Part shown: in pieces, positions 13,237 through 23,652 of the stretch
Position numbering within the stretch: the stretch's first letter is position 1
Layout of the letters: every line of letters starts with the position of its first letter
Source: Bacteroidota bacterium
GTDB taxonomy: Bacteria > Bacteroidota > Bacteroidia > 2-12-FULL-35-15
Reading direction: 5' to 3'
DNA length: 64,000 nucleotides
NCBI GenBank assembly: GCA_947447995.1
Contig: CANFLQ010000003.1
Location: 2,742-66,741 of the forward strand
Made by a program: the position numbers and the translations under genes
Notes under the pieces: model-generated
Seen by the model: only the letters and a program-made list of their open reading frames with translations
The model's database searches: none
What the model was told of the DNA's origin: nothing

Positions 13237-13755
13237 TCACTCCTTCAAGTTGACATAAAACAAAGCCTTATCACCAATATGACCGCCTGTTTGATCCATT
13301 TTTTTTAATAATAAATCAATTCGAGTTACCTCCTTATGCATTTTAAATGCGTTTTCATCAAAAGTCCATTTTTCTCTCATTCGAATAGTTGATAGATCAT
13401 CTGGTGTAATTTTTTGCGAGGTCATTTCACCCATATTATTTAACTGAATATTATTTAACAGCTCTTGTACTTGCTCAACAGTTAAAACTTGGTCGGTAAT
13501 AATATTATAAGCCTTTTGTTTGCCTGATAATACCGCCTCAACAATTGTTTTAAATATTTTTTCACGATCTACATTTTTATTTACTGAATTCCAGTACTCA
13601 TCATCCCAACCTTCGGGCTTAATCAATACTGTTTTAGACTCAACCAATTCAGCCCAAACAGGGGCATTAGTTAAACCTTTTTTATTGGTTTTATTACATG
13701 ATGAAAAGAGGATGATTGTTAGTGCCCCGATAACAATAGAATGTTTTATTTTCAT
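13237..13755 (-). CDS. Hypothetical lipoprotein (172 aa)
   Basis: Signal peptide with a lipobox (LTIILFSSC). No recognisable domain. Confidence 0.65.
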   Translation of the reverse strand: MKIKHSIVIGALTIILFSSCNKTNKKGLTNAPVWAELVESKTVLIKPEGWDDEYWNSVNKNVDREKIFKTIVEAVLSGKQKAYNIITDQVLTVEQVQELLNNIQLNNMGEMTSQKITPDDLSTIRMREKWTFDENAFKMHKEVTRIDLLLKKMDQTGGHIGDKALFYVNLKE

Positions 13756-13794
13756 AACACTATTTAGATTAAATTTGTTTTAAATTAATGGATA

Positions 13795-14166
13795 TTACTT
13801 TTTAAAAATAAAATAAACTGCTAATATCAAAAATAAAAATCCTATAAAATGGTTCATTTTTAATACTTCGTTTTTAAAAAACAATAATGAAAAAACAGTA
13901 AAAATAACCAATGTTATTACTTCCTGAATTACTTTTAGTTGCCATAAATTAAAAGGTCCACCATTTTCGCTATAACCTAATCTGTTTGCCGGAACTTGCA
14001 ATGAATACTCAAAAAAAGCAATGCCCCAACTAACCAATATAACACCAATTAAGCCTAAATTATTGAACCAGCTCATTTGTTTAAACTTTAAATGTCCGTA
14101 CCATGCAAAGGTCATAAAGGTATTGGATAGAATTAATAATATTATTGTAAAAAGAGCCTTTTTCAT
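13795..14166 (-). CDS. DMT-superfamily small membrane protein (DUF486 family)
   Basis: MKKALFTIILLILSNTFMTFAWYGHLKF...QVPANRLGY..LWQLKVIQEVITL is the signature I recall for DUF486/DMT_6. Four TM segments. Confidence 0.8.
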   Translation of the reverse strand: MKKALFTIILLILSNTFMTFAWYGHLKFKQMSWFNNLGLIGVILVSWGIAFFEYSLQVPANRLGYSENGGPFNLWQLKVIQEVITLVIFTVFSLLFFKNEVLKMNHFIGFLFLILAVYFIFKK

Positions 14167-14245
14167 TTTTGTTGATGCTTAAATTGAGTGTGAAAGTATT
14201 GTAAATATTCTTTCACACAAAATATTTCTTAAATTAGCATTATCA

Positions 14246-14818
14246 ATGGTGTATGATTATTATAAAATATTAGAAATACCTCGCAACGCTAGCTTAGATG
14301 ATATTAAACGAGCATACAGAAACAAAGCTAAAATGTTGCATCCAGATGTAAATAATTCACCAAAAGCAAATGAAGTATTCATTGTGATTAATGAAGCTTA
14401 CCAAGCACTTATTGACGATCGGAAGCGTTATTTGCACGATATTAAATTAAATTACACCGATGCCGTAAAATTAGACATACAACGTAAAAAACACTACTAC
14501 GGCTCTTCTTATGGAGGTTCACATACAGGTTTTGCTAGTAACAGAGATAAAAACTACACTAAAGAAAACTACAAAGTAAAAACAGAAGAAGATTATTACA
14601 ATCAATCTCCATTTTTATACAATTCATTTTTTATAAGCGGAATGTTTGTTGGCTTTTTGATTTTAATAGTAACCGTGAAGGGAACAATAGAACATTATTG
14701 GCCTCCACCTTTTGGATTAATCAGTTTGGCTGGCATTGCACTTATACGTGATGGTTGGAAAGGCTTTTTGGGAAAAAAGACCATCGCAAGTAATTTGGCT
14801 AAATTATTCAGGAAATAA
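14246..14818 (+). CDS. J-domain (DnaJ-like) membrane protein
   Basis: The N-terminal J domain is DYYKILEIPRNASLDDIKRAYRNKAKMLHPDV (HPD motif). Two C-terminal hydrophobic helices. Confidence 0.85.
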   Translation: MVYDYYKILEIPRNASLDDIKRAYRNKAKMLHPDVNNSPKANEVFIVINEAYQALIDDRKRYLHDIKLNYTDAVKLDIQRKKHYYGSSYGGSHTGFASNRDKNYTKENYKVKTEEDYYNQSPFLYNSFFISGMFVGFLILIVTVKGTIEHYWPPPFGLISLAGIALIRDGWKGFLGKKTIASNLAKLFRK

Positions 14819-14851
14819 AAAGCCCCGAAAAATAATTTTTCGGGGCTTTTT
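14817..14851. terminator. Bidirectional intrinsic terminator
   Basis: AAAAGCCCCGAAAAAT-a-ATTTTTCGGGGCTTTTT forms a perfect 13-bp stem between convergent stops at 14818 (+) and 14869 (-). Confidence 0.9.
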
Positions 14852-14868
14852 ATAAATATTTAATTTAA

Positions 14869-15252
14869 CTATTTGTCTAAATCTTCAAAACTAACATCGG
14901 AAAAATGTGAATTACTTTTCACCGCTCCTGAGGCTGTAACTTCGGTATTTGATCGTTCAGATACAACGCCTTCCTCTATTGGAGATACTGATTTAATATA
15001 ATCAACGGCTTCATTTAAACCTTCTGAAAATTTTTCAAAATCTTCTTTATATAAAAACAATTTATGTTTTTCGTAAAAAAATTTACCATCATCACCAAAA
15101 CGTTTTTTACTTTCTGTAACGGTTAGATAATAATCATTCCCTTTAGTGCTTTTTACATCAAAGAAATACGTTCTCTTCCCTGCTCTAACTACTTTTGAGA
15201 AAATTTCTTCTCTATCCGAACCATTTTTTTCAAATCCTTCTTCCATCGCCAT
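14869..15252 (-). CDS. PUR-alpha-like nucleic-acid-binding protein (DUF3276 family)
   Basis: EIFSKVVRAGKRTYFFDVKSTKGNDYYLTVTESKKRF...KHKLFLYKEDFEKFSEGL. The track start at 15291 is TTG. ATGs at 15252 or 15246 are more plausible. Confidence 0.75.
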   Translation of the reverse strand: MAMEEGFEKNGSDREEIFSKVVRAGKRTYFFDVKSTKGNDYYLTVTESKKRFGDDGKFFYEKHKLFLYKEDFEKFSEGLNEAVDYIKSVSPIEEGVVSERSNTEVTASGAVKSNSHFSDVSFEDLDK

Positions 15253-15444
15253 AATGTTATTGTTTATAGTTAAATTTACTTCACTTGGCAAATATTTTAA
15301 AAAAATAAGTTAAAAGCAAGATTTGTTAATAACTTTATATTTTTAAACAGTCCTTTTCTGGGGTTAAGATGTTAAAAAAATGTTTTGGAAACAAAACTGC
15401 TGTATTATTTTTATGTAAGCATTACCATAAACTTATTTCGAAGC

Positions 15445-17232
15445 TTATTTTTCAATTTTTTCTTCTTCCAACAATTGCATTTGGTGCAACTCAAAGTAAA
15501 TTCCCCTTTTATCTAACAGTTGATTGTGGTTGCCTTGTTCAATAATTTCTCCATGATCAAGTACAATTATATTATCGGCATTTTTTACTGTAGAAACGCG
15601 GTGACTTATAATAATAGATGTTTTACCCTTCATCACTTGTTTTAAGTTATGAAGTATCTCTTCTTCTGTTTCGGTATCAACAGCCGAAAGACAATCGTCA
15701 AAAATTAAAAGCTGGGGTTGTTTCAAAATGGCTCTTGCTATTGATATCCTTTGTTTTTGTCCGCCCGAAAGTGTAATACCCCTCTCCCCTACTATTGTTT
15801 CAAAGCCCAAAGGAAAATCTATAATATTGGAATAGATTGCCGCATTTTTTGCAGCTTTTTCAATGGCATCATTATTATTGTCGGTATCTGCGCTAAAAGC
15901 TATGTTATTGGAAATAGTATCTGAAAATAAAAATACCTCCTGAGGCGCATAGCCAATTTGAGATCGAATATCATATAAATTCAACTTTTTAATATCTGTA
16001 TTATTCATGAGTACTTGTCCTGAATTCACATCGTATAACCTGCAAATTAATCCGGCAACGGTAGATTTACCTGAGCCTGTTCGACCAATAATTGCAAGGG
16101 AAGTACCTTTGTTTACTTTAAAGGAGATATTGTTAAGCGCCTTTATACCAGAATCTGAATAGGTGAAATTTACATTTTTAAATTCAATACCGTTTATTCC
16201 TTGCAGTTGTATTAAAGCTTGCTGTTCGGCTGTTGATGTTTCAACATTATTGCGTATTTCGGGAACAGTATGTAAAAATTCATTGATGCGGGTTTGAGAA
16301 GCGGCTGCACGCTGAATGAGCGAAGTTACCCAGCCTAAAGAAGCAATTGGCCAAGTTAACGCATTCACATATAAAATAAACTCTGCAATATTACCATAGC
16401 TTACTTTGCCTTCCATAACTAGTTTACCACCTACAAAAACAATAAATACATTGCTTAATCCTATCAATAATATCATAATGGGTTGAAACAAAGATTCGGT
16501 TTTTACCAAATCAATGGTTCTTTTACGATACTCCAAACTTTGATTTTCAAATTGGTTAACCGAATAATTTTCCCGCCCGTACGCTTTTAATACCCTAATT
16601 CCTGAAAAAGCTTCCTGAGCATAAGTAGTAATATTGGATAACTGTTCCTGTATTTGGGTGCTTTTTTTATTGATAGTATTACTCACATAATAAATTGCAA
16701 CAGCTAGTATTGGCAATGGGAGCAACACATATAATGTAAGTGTTGGGTTTACATGTAACATTACCACAATGGTTAAAATAAACCTAAAAAGGGTGTTTAA
16801 AATATACATAACCGCCGGTCCAATATACATCCTCACCCTACCAACATCTTCGCTAATCCTACTCATCAAATCGCCCGTGTTGTTTCGTTTATAAAAAGCC
16901 ATATCAAGCTGCTGGTAATGCTCATATATTTCGTTTTTAAGATCATACTCAATCAAACGCGACATAACAATAAAACTTTGTCGGGTAAAAAATAAAAAGA
17001 TACCACTCAAAACTGCTAATCCCAGTATTTGTCCGGCATAGATAAGCAATTGATGCAACAAAAACTCTTTATCGGGATTGCCTGAATTGGCTTTTATAAA
17101 GTCAATAGCTTTTCGGGCATAGGTAAAGCCATCAACCGCAAAATAATTGGAAACACCAACAAATACAATCCCCAACAAAAAGCGCCAACGGTATTTATAA
17201 AAATATTTATTAATGTGTTTAAGAGACTTCAA
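15445..17232 (-). CDS. ABC transporter, fused permease/ATPase (MsbA-like exporter)
   Basis: Six N-terminal TM helices, Walker A GRTGSGKST, signature LSGGQKQR and Walker B LLIFDD. TTG start. Confidence 0.9.
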   Translation of the reverse strand: MKSLKHINKYFYKYRWRFLLGIVFVGVSNYFAVDGFTYARKAIDFIKANSGNPDKEFLLHQLLIYAGQILGLAVLSGIFLFFTRQSFIVMSRLIEYDLKNEIYEHYQQLDMAFYKRNNTGDLMSRISEDVGRVRMYIGPAVMYILNTLFRFILTIVVMLHVNPTLTLYVLLPLPILAVAIYYVSNTINKKSTQIQEQLSNITTYAQEAFSGIRVLKAYGRENYSVNQFENQSLEYRKRTIDLVKTESLFQPIMILLIGLSNVFIVFVGGKLVMEGKVSYGNIAEFILYVNALTWPIASLGWVTSLIQRAAASQTRINEFLHTVPEIRNNVETSTAEQQALIQLQGINGIEFKNVNFTYSDSGIKALNNISFKVNKGTSLAIIGRTGSGKSTVAGLICRLYDVNSGQVLMNNTDIKKLNLYDIRSQIGYAPQEVFLFSDTISNNIAFSADTDNNNDAIEKAAKNAAIYSNIIDFPLGFETIVGERGITLSGGQKQRISIARAILKQPQLLIFDDCLSAVDTETEEEILHNLKQVMKGKTSIIISHRVSTVKNADNIIVLDHGEIIEQGNHNQLLDKRGIYFELHQMQLLEEEKIEK

Positions 17233-17317
17233 GGGGAATTAGGTTTATTTAATACAGATATATAAGCTAAATTGGTTATCTTCGTGCCCGCAAATTTAGA
17301 TAAAATTTTATTCGTAT

Positions 17318-18265
17318 ATGTTAAACAGAAGGTATTTAAGAATTAAGGCAATGCAGGCTTTGTATGCATTTTTCCAATCCGACAATAATGATTTGGGAAA
17401 AGGTGAGCGTGAATTGTTTGTTGGAATAAATAAAATTTATGATTTATATATTTATCAACTTGCCTTTTTATTAGAATTACAGCACGTTGCCAATGTTTTG
17501 AGCGAAGATGCCAAAAATAAAAGATTACCAACCAGCAACGATCTTAATCCCAACTTAAAATTTATTGAGAACAAATTTATTGCTCAATTAGCTGAAAACA
17601 TTCACTTAAAACGCGAAATAAATAACCGTAAAATAAGCTGGAACAATGAGTTTGAACTGGTAAAAAAGGTTTTTAACAATATTAAAGTTAGCGATGCTTA
17701 CGGAAAATATATGAATGTAAGCGACAATTCCTATCAAACCGATAAGGATTTTATTTTAGATATTTTTAAAGAACACATTGCCGATTTTGAATTAGTAAAC
17801 CACATTTATGAGGAGAAAAATTTGAATTGGGGTGACGACATCTATCTGGTTAACCCGATGGTAGTAAAAACAATTGAATCCTTCAAGGAAAATTCTATCC
17901 CCGATTTCCAATTAATACCTTTGTATAAGGATAAAGAAGAAGATGAACAATTTGTAAAAGATCTTTTCCGGCAAACCATACTTCAAGAACCGGAAACAAA
18001 AAAATTAATTGCTGATAAAACTCAAAACTGGGAAGTAGAGCGTATTGCCATGATGGATGTTTTATTAATGAAAATGGCTTTAACAGAGATATTATATTTT
18101 TCGGGTATACCTGTTAAAGTTACATTGAATGAGTTTATTGAAATATCAAAAATGTACAGCACTCCTAAAAGTAAAATATTTATCAACGGTATTTTGGATA
18201 AATTGCTTGTTGATTTTAAAACCGAAGGAAAACTTAATAAAATTGGCAGAGGTTTAATGGAATAA
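17318..18265 (+). CDS. nusB: Transcription antitermination factor NusB (long Bacteroidota form)
   Basis: MLNRRYLRIKAMQALYAF N-terminus and a C-terminal NusB core (WEVERIAMMDVLLMKMALTEILYF...FINGILDKL). Confidence 0.85.
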   Translation: MLNRRYLRIKAMQALYAFFQSDNNDLGKGERELFVGINKIYDLYIYQLAFLLELQHVANVLSEDAKNKRLPTSNDLNPNLKFIENKFIAQLAENIHLKREINNRKISWNNEFELVKKVFNNIKVSDAYGKYMNVSDNSYQTDKDFILDIFKEHIADFELVNHIYEEKNLNWGDDIYLVNPMVVKTIESFKENSIPDFQLIPLYKDKEEDEQFVKDLFRQTILQEPETKKLIADKTQNWEVERIAMMDVLLMKMALTEILYFSGIPVKVTLNEFIEISKMYSTPKSKIFINGILDKLLVDFKTEGKLNKIGRGLME

Positions 18266-18310
18266 GTAATAAGAAAGGTAGAATGTAGAAGTCAGAAAAA
18301 AAATCATAAA

Positions 18311-18754
18311 ATGAAAATAAAAACATTTCCCATACTCATTATCCCCTCAATTGCATGTTTACTAGCCTTTTCTGCTTGTAATAGTAAAAAAAACGCAGAG
18401 TCTGGTACTTTAATTAATTCGGACACAACTGCTGTTATAACCTTTACGGAAGTTGAACATGATTTTGGCACTATTACACAAGGCGAAAAAGTTACTCATG
18501 CCTTTAAGTTCAAAAATACTGGCAGCACCAATCTGTTAATAATATCCGCTCAAGGAAGTTGCGGTTGCACTGTACCTTCCTATCCAAAAGAACCAATCTC
18601 TCCAGGCAAAGAAGCCAACGTAGATGTAGTATTTGATAGCGATGGTAAATCTGGAAAAGTAGAAAAAACGGTTACGCTTTTAACCAATTGTATACCCAAT
18701 ACCAATGTTTTAACCATACATGCAAATATTAGAGTACCGGAAGAAAATAAATAA
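18311..18754 (+). CDS. DUF1573 domain lipoprotein
   Basis: Signal/lipobox LLAFSAC. DUF1573 core FDFGTITQGEKVTHAFKFKNTGSTNLLI...GSCGCTVP. Confidence 0.8.
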   Translation: MKIKTFPILIIPSIACLLAFSACNSKKNAESGTLINSDTTAVITFTEVEHDFGTITQGEKVTHAFKFKNTGSTNLLIISAQGSCGCTVPSYPKEPISPGKEANVDVVFDSDGKSGKVEKTVTLLTNCIPNTNVLTIHANIRVPEENK

Positions 18755-18796
18755 ACTTTTTAAATTAAACTCTTTAACTTTAAACAAAAATAAACA

Positions 18797-19120
18797 ATGA
18801 ACACAACAAACATTTTATTAATGGCAGGCGGCGGTCAAGCCGGATTATTAGAACAATTTGGCCCCTTAGTTTTAATTATCGTAGTATTTTATTTTTTTAT
18901 GATACGCCCTCAATTGAAAAAAACAAAAGATCAAAAAAAGTTTCGTGAAAATATCTCAAAAGGTGATAAAATTGTAACTATTGGCGGTATTCACGGAAGA
19001 ATTGTAGATGTACAAGAAAAAACATTTATTATTGAAGTAGAAGGCGGTCACAAATTAAAAATTGAAAAAGGTGCCGTTTCAATGGATTCATCATCGATGC
19101 TTACTGAAGAACAAAAATAA
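18797..19120 (+). CDS. yajC: Preprotein translocase subunit YajC
   Basis: 107 aa. One TM then FFMIRPQLKKTKDQKKFRENISKGDKIVTIGGIHGRIV. Confidence 0.9.
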   Translation: MNTTNILLMAGGGQAGLLEQFGPLVLIIVVFYFFMIRPQLKKTKDQKKFRENISKGDKIVTIGGIHGRIVDVQEKTFIIEVEGGHKLKIEKGAVSMDSSSMLTEEQK

Positions 19121-19126
19121 AAGCAC

Positions 19127-20119
19127 TTGAAGTCACCACTCTTTAAAAATATTAGCAATACTCCCAGCAAGGAGGGTGTTCGTATTAACAGACGAGTGGT
19201 GACCTTTATGTTTTGTTTAATTGTTTCCGCTTTTTTTTGGGTAATGATGTCGCTTTCAAAAGAGTATAGCATCGAAATTAAATTCCCTGTTAGTTATATT
19301 AATTTCCCCATTGATAAAGTTATATCCAACCAATTACCCGCAACAATTGATATCGAAATAAAATCAACAGGATTTAATTTGCTGGTATACAAGATTAAAC
19401 AAAAACGCGATACTGTATTTATAGATGCGAAAGACTCTAAACATCTGCCAAAAAAAAATAATTTTTACATTTTACCCAATGCTCGAATTGATAAAATAGC
19501 CGCTCAGTTTAATAATAATATTAAGATAATAAAGATTTATCCCGACACTATCTTCCTTAATTATAATAAAAAAAAATCCAAGCTAGTTCCTGTAAAAGCG
19601 AATATTAAAATTGATTTTGCCAATCAATATCAACAAAGTGATTCTATTCAACTTACACCAAATTTTATAACTGTTTCTGGAGCATCTGAATTGGTAGATA
19701 GAATCAAATTTATTGAAACTAAAACAATAAAATTAAAAAAAGTGTCTGACACTATTTCGATACAACTTCAAATTAATAAAACACCTAATTTAAAATTAGT
19801 TGATGTATCCCAATTAACCGTTAAAGCTAAAATAAATGTAACTAAATTTACAGAAGCCAGTATTGAACTGCCAATTGAAGTTGCAAACTTACCTTCGGGT
19901 TTTACACTAAAAACCTTCCCTGATAAAATAACTGTTAAATATAATGTGGCATTTAAAAAATATGAAAGCATTACCCCTCTACAATTTAAAGCAATTGTAG
20001 ATTATTCTAAAATTGAAAGCAAAAATAATAAACTAAAAATTCAACTGGTTAAGTACCCATCCGATATTAGGTCTATAAAAATTAGTCCGGAAAAGGTTGA
20101 ATATATTATCAGAAAATAA
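19127..20119 (+). CDS. YbbR-like domain protein
   Basis: N-terminal TM (VVTFMFCLIVSAFFWVMMSL) followed by repeated beta-rich modules. Sits in the conserved yajC-ybbR-coaE position. TTG start. Confidence 0.6.
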   Translation: MKSPLFKNISNTPSKEGVRINRRVVTFMFCLIVSAFFWVMMSLSKEYSIEIKFPVSYINFPIDKVISNQLPATIDIEIKSTGFNLLVYKIKQKRDTVFIDAKDSKHLPKKNNFYILPNARIDKIAAQFNNNIKIIKIYPDTIFLNYNKKKSKLVPVKANIKIDFANQYQQSDSIQLTPNFITVSGASELVDRIKFIETKTIKLKKVSDTISIQLQINKTPNLKLVDVSQLTVKAKINVTKFTEASIELPIEVANLPSGFTLKTFPDKITVKYNVAFKKYESITPLQFKAIVDYSKIESKNNKLKIQLVKYPSDIRSIKISPEKVEYIIRK

Positions 20120-20168
20120 ATACATTTTTTTCTTACTAACTTAGACCAACAATATAAATATTCCAAAC

Positions 20169-20759
20169 ATGTTAAAAATAGGAATAACAGGCGGTATAGG
20201 CAGCGGTAAAACTACTATATGCAAAGTATTTCAATTACTTGGCATACCTGTATATTTTGCCGATGATGAAGCTAAAAAATTATTGGATACTTCTTTTGAA
20301 GTAAAAATAAATATCATCAGCACTTTTGGCAAGGAGGTTATTGATGCCAATGGAATAATTGATAGAAAGATACTAGCATCAAAGGTTTTTAATAACAAAG
20401 AAAATCTCGAAAAATTAAATAGTATCGTACATCCCGCGGTTGCTAAACATTTCGAGAATTGGTTGCACGAAAATAAATCTGCTAAATACATTTTAAAAGA
20501 AGCCGCTATTTTATTTGAAAGCAATGCCAATAAAGCTGTTGACAAAATAATAACAGTTACCGCTCCAATTGAATTAAAAATACAACGAGCCATGCAACGT
20601 GATAATACGGATAGAACTGCCATTGAACAACGCATCAAAAATCAACAGAGTGATGAAGAAAAAATTAAGCGATCACATTTTGTAATTTATAACGATGAAC
20701 AACAATTGTTGATTCCTCAAATAATTGACATTCATCATAAACTTATCAAGTTGCAATAG
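20169..20759 (+). CDS. coaE: Dephospho-CoA kinase
   Basis: P-loop IGITGGIGSGKTT, and 196 aa is the typical length. Confidence 0.92.
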   Translation: MLKIGITGGIGSGKTTICKVFQLLGIPVYFADDEAKKLLDTSFEVKINIISTFGKEVIDANGIIDRKILASKVFNNKENLEKLNSIVHPAVAKHFENWLHENKSAKYILKEAAILFESNANKAVDKIITVTAPIELKIQRAMQRDNTDRTAIEQRIKNQQSDEEKIKRSHFVIYNDEQQLLIPQIIDIHHKLIKLQ

Positions 20760-20763
20760 AACA

Positions 20764-21135
20764 ATGGAAAATCAAGAAAATTCATTTCATGAAACCTATC
20801 GTCAACCAAATGGTCAATCCTTTTGGCTACAACCATTACCCAATGCCAATACAGTTTTAATACTTGGTATTATTTCAATTCTTACTTGTTTTTGGTTTAG
20901 TTTTATTGGTTTAACTTTAGGTATAATTGCGCTAGTACTGGCATCCAAGTCAAATAAATTATATCAGCAAAACCCAAATATGTATACTCCAGCTTCCTAT
21001 ACAAACTTAAAAGCCGGCAAAATTTGCGCAATCATTGGCACCTGCCTTTCTGCAATTTATTTGTTAATTATTACCATTTTTCTTGCATCAATTGTTGCCA
21101 TTTTTGCAAATATGCCTTGGGACATGATGAAATAA
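20764..21135 (+). CDS. Small membrane protein (DUF4190 / CCC-motif-like)
   Basis: Hydrophobic helices (LILGIISILTCFWFSFIGLTLGIIALVLA; ICAIIGTCLSAIYLLIITIFLASIVAIF). The track start at 20725 is TTG inside coaE. The ATG at 20764 (MENQENSF) is preferred. Confidence 0.6.
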   Translation: MENQENSFHETYRQPNGQSFWLQPLPNANTVLILGIISILTCFWFSFIGLTLGIIALVLASKSNKLYQQNPNMYTPASYTNLKAGKICAIIGTCLSAIYLLIITIFLASIVAIFANMPWDMMK

Positions 21136-21160
21136 TATTTTTTTTAGACCCAATACATAG

Positions 21161-22687
21161 ATGAAAATAATTGACGTAAGCCAAATCAGAGAGCTCGATA
21201 AATTTACAATCGAACACGAGCCCATCTCTTCTATTAATTTGATGGAAAGAGCTGCTTTGAGTTGTGTAAATTGGGTTTTACAAAAATATGATGAACGTAC
21301 GCACTTAACAATTATTTGCGGACAAGGAAATAATGGCGGTGATGGTTTAGCAATTGCTCGCCTTTTAGTCGAAAAAAAATATTCTGTTCAGGTACTTATC
21401 ATTCATCACTCCGAAATTTTTTCGGCTGATTTTACGGTAAACTATGAACGATTAAAACTTATTTCAAAACCTAATTTAAGTGTTCAGGAAATTAAAAGTA
21501 TAGAACAGTTGGTTGATAATTTAAACATTCACCAACCCAATGTTTTGATTGATGCACTAATTGGAGCAGGCTTAAACAAACCTATTAATGGTATAATTAA
21601 AGATGTAATTCACTTCATTAACAGGAATCATTTCCCTGTAATTTCAATTGACATACCAACAGGATTATATACTGACACGTTGAATAACATAAACGATTCG
21701 ATTGTAAAAGCTTCGTTCACACTTAGTTTTCAATTTCCAAAATTATCATTTATGTTTCCAGAAAACGCAGGTTATATAGGCGAGTTCAGCGTTTTAGATA
21801 TTGGATTAAATAATGATTATATTAACTATTTGCCTACTAAAAATTTCTTCATTACAAAAAACGACATCCATACATTTTTTAAAACAAGAAACAAAGTAGC
21901 CCACAAAGGCAATTTTGGTCACGCTTTAATTGTTGCCGGTAGTTTTGGGAAAATAGGTGCAGCTGTACTTTCGGCTAAAGCCTGCATGCATTCAGGTGTT
22001 GGATTACTTAGCGTTCATATTCCTAAATGTGGTTATGAAATTTTACAAACAACCTTACCTGAGGCTATGGTAGATGCGGATAGTGAAAATAATTTTATTT
22101 CAGATAATTTCCGCTTAGAAAAATACAACGCCATTGGCATTGGACCGGGAATTGGTATCGAAAAACAAACACAAAATGCACTTAAATTATTGATCCAAAA
22201 TACTACCGTGCCTGTTGTGTTTGATGCTGATGCGCTTAATATCATTGCTGAGAATAAAACATGGTTGGCTTTTTTGCCTGCTAATAGCATTTTTACCCCA
22301 CATCCAAAAGAGTTTGAACGCCTTGCGGGTAAATCAGAAAAAAGTGTTGAACGTTTAAAAATACTACGTGAATTTTCTTTCAAGAACAAAGTTTACGTTG
22401 TTTTAAAAGGCGCTCATACTTCAATTGCTTGTCCTAATGGTGATATGTATTTTAATTCAACCGGCAACCCGGGTATGGCAACCGGAGGTTCCGGCGATGT
22501 ACTTACAGGTATTATCACCGCATTATTAGCTCAAGGTTATTCTTCGGAAGAAGCTTGTATCTTAGGAGTTTATTTACATGGATTAGCGGGCGACTTTGCT
22601 GCACAACACAAATCCGAAGAAAGCATGATTGCTTCAGATATTATTGAAGGTTTGAGTGCTGGATTCAATTATTTACGGACAATATAA
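21161..22687 (+). CDS. nnr: Bifunctional NAD(P)H-hydrate repair enzyme Nnr (epimerase + ADP-dependent dehydratase)
   Basis: The YjeF_N part has CGQGNNGGDGLAIARLL. The C-terminal carbohydrate-kinase part has HKGNFGHALIVAGS...GNPGMATGGSGDVLTGI. Confidence 0.92.
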   Translation: MKIIDVSQIRELDKFTIEHEPISSINLMERAALSCVNWVLQKYDERTHLTIICGQGNNGGDGLAIARLLVEKKYSVQVLIIHHSEIFSADFTVNYERLKLISKPNLSVQEIKSIEQLVDNLNIHQPNVLIDALIGAGLNKPINGIIKDVIHFINRNHFPVISIDIPTGLYTDTLNNINDSIVKASFTLSFQFPKLSFMFPENAGYIGEFSVLDIGLNNDYINYLPTKNFFITKNDIHTFFKTRNKVAHKGNFGHALIVAGSFGKIGAAVLSAKACMHSGVGLLSVHIPKCGYEILQTTLPEAMVDADSENNFISDNFRLEKYNAIGIGPGIGIEKQTQNALKLLIQNTTVPVVFDADALNIIAENKTWLAFLPANSIFTPHPKEFERLAGKSEKSVERLKILREFSFKNKVYVVLKGAHTSIACPNGDMYFNSTGNPGMATGGSGDVLTGIITALLAQGYSSEEACILGVYLHGLAGDFAAQHKSEESMIASDIIEGLSAGFNYLRTI

Positions 22688-22747
22688 TTTTAAATGAACC
22701 ACATTTAATCTTTACTATTTATTATGTAAGCGTAAAATCTAACTATA

Positions 22748-23347
22748 TCACTTACCTTTTCTCAAAGGAAACATTCTTCTAATATTTGAAAAGCTAGGTG
22801 TATCGTCAGTGGTAAAAACACCTTGTTTGGTATTTTTTACATCCTCTATAGAATAAAATGCTGAAGGATTATACTGGCGTATCAATTGAACTACGTCTCT
22901 TACATTTTTACGCTTTATTATGGTAAACACCATTTTAACCGGCCCTGTTGCCCCTTCAGCATCTACAACCGTTATTCCGTGATTATGCTGTACAAGTGCC
23001 TTTAACAACTCATCACAATTTTGATTGGTAATGATACGTATAACCTGCAAACCAAGTGCTAATTTTTCTTCAATAAACAGTCCTACATAAGTACCTGTGG
23101 CAAAACCTCCGGCAAAGGCAAAATAACAAGCAACGTTATTAAGGTTTTTCATTACCTGTGCCACTACAATAATCCAAATAAGTACTTCAAAAAAACCTAA
23201 AATTGGAACTATGGTTCGATAACCTTTAGAAATAAAAACATGCCGCAAGGTTCCTAAACTAACATCACAAACCCTTGAAAAAAATATGAGTAATGGTAAT
23301 ATTACCCAGTCATAATAATCAAAATTTTCCAAAATAGAACCCGACAT
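22748..23347 (-). CDS. UPF0316 / DUF2179 membrane protein
   Basis: LLIFFSRVCDVSLGTLRHVFISKGYRTIVPILGFFEVLIWIIVVAQV plus a C-terminal DUF2179-like soluble domain. The track start at 23353 is GTG and an ATG lies at 23347. Confidence 0.8.
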   Translation of the reverse strand: MSGSILENFDYYDWVILPLLIFFSRVCDVSLGTLRHVFISKGYRTIVPILGFFEVLIWIIVVAQVMKNLNNVACYFAFAGGFATGTYVGLFIEEKLALGLQVIRIITNQNCDELLKALVQHNHGITVVDAEGATGPVKMVFTIIKRKNVRDVVQLIRQYNPSAFYSIEDVKNTKQGVFTTDDTPSFSNIRRMFPLRKGK

Positions 23348-23374
23348 ATTCACGCCACAAGTATTGATAGTTTA

Positions 23375-23382
23375 CAAAGGTA
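23375..23382 (-). promoter_or_regulatory. Candidate -7 box for the UPF0316 gene
   Basis: Minus-strand TACCTTTG (TAnnTTTG) lies 21-27 nt upstream of the start. No good -33 TTG at canonical spacing. Confidence 0.3.
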
Positions 23383-23652
23383 TTTAAAAAAACTCACAAT
23401 TCTTTTTTTGCAGGTAATGGATTTTTACTACTTTCGCGTCTTAGTAATTTATAAAAAAGGTTTAAAAATAAGTGTAAATTAAATACATCTAAAAAAAAAT
23501 TTAGATGAAGCATATACTGCTTTAGGTAATCAAATCATTAGCTAAAAAGCTACGTTTACTCCTTAGCCGATGCAATTTTAGATTAAATTTCATACAAGTA
23601 CGACACAAAATTTGATTCTTAAAAAAACAAGTACACTTAAGTTAGTTAAATT

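Noticed and set aside
20231-22389. Minus-strand ORFs 20231-20638 (135 aa) and 22033-22389 (118 aa)
   Set aside because: They are antisense to coaE and nnr respectively. They have no motifs, and the sense genes are certain.
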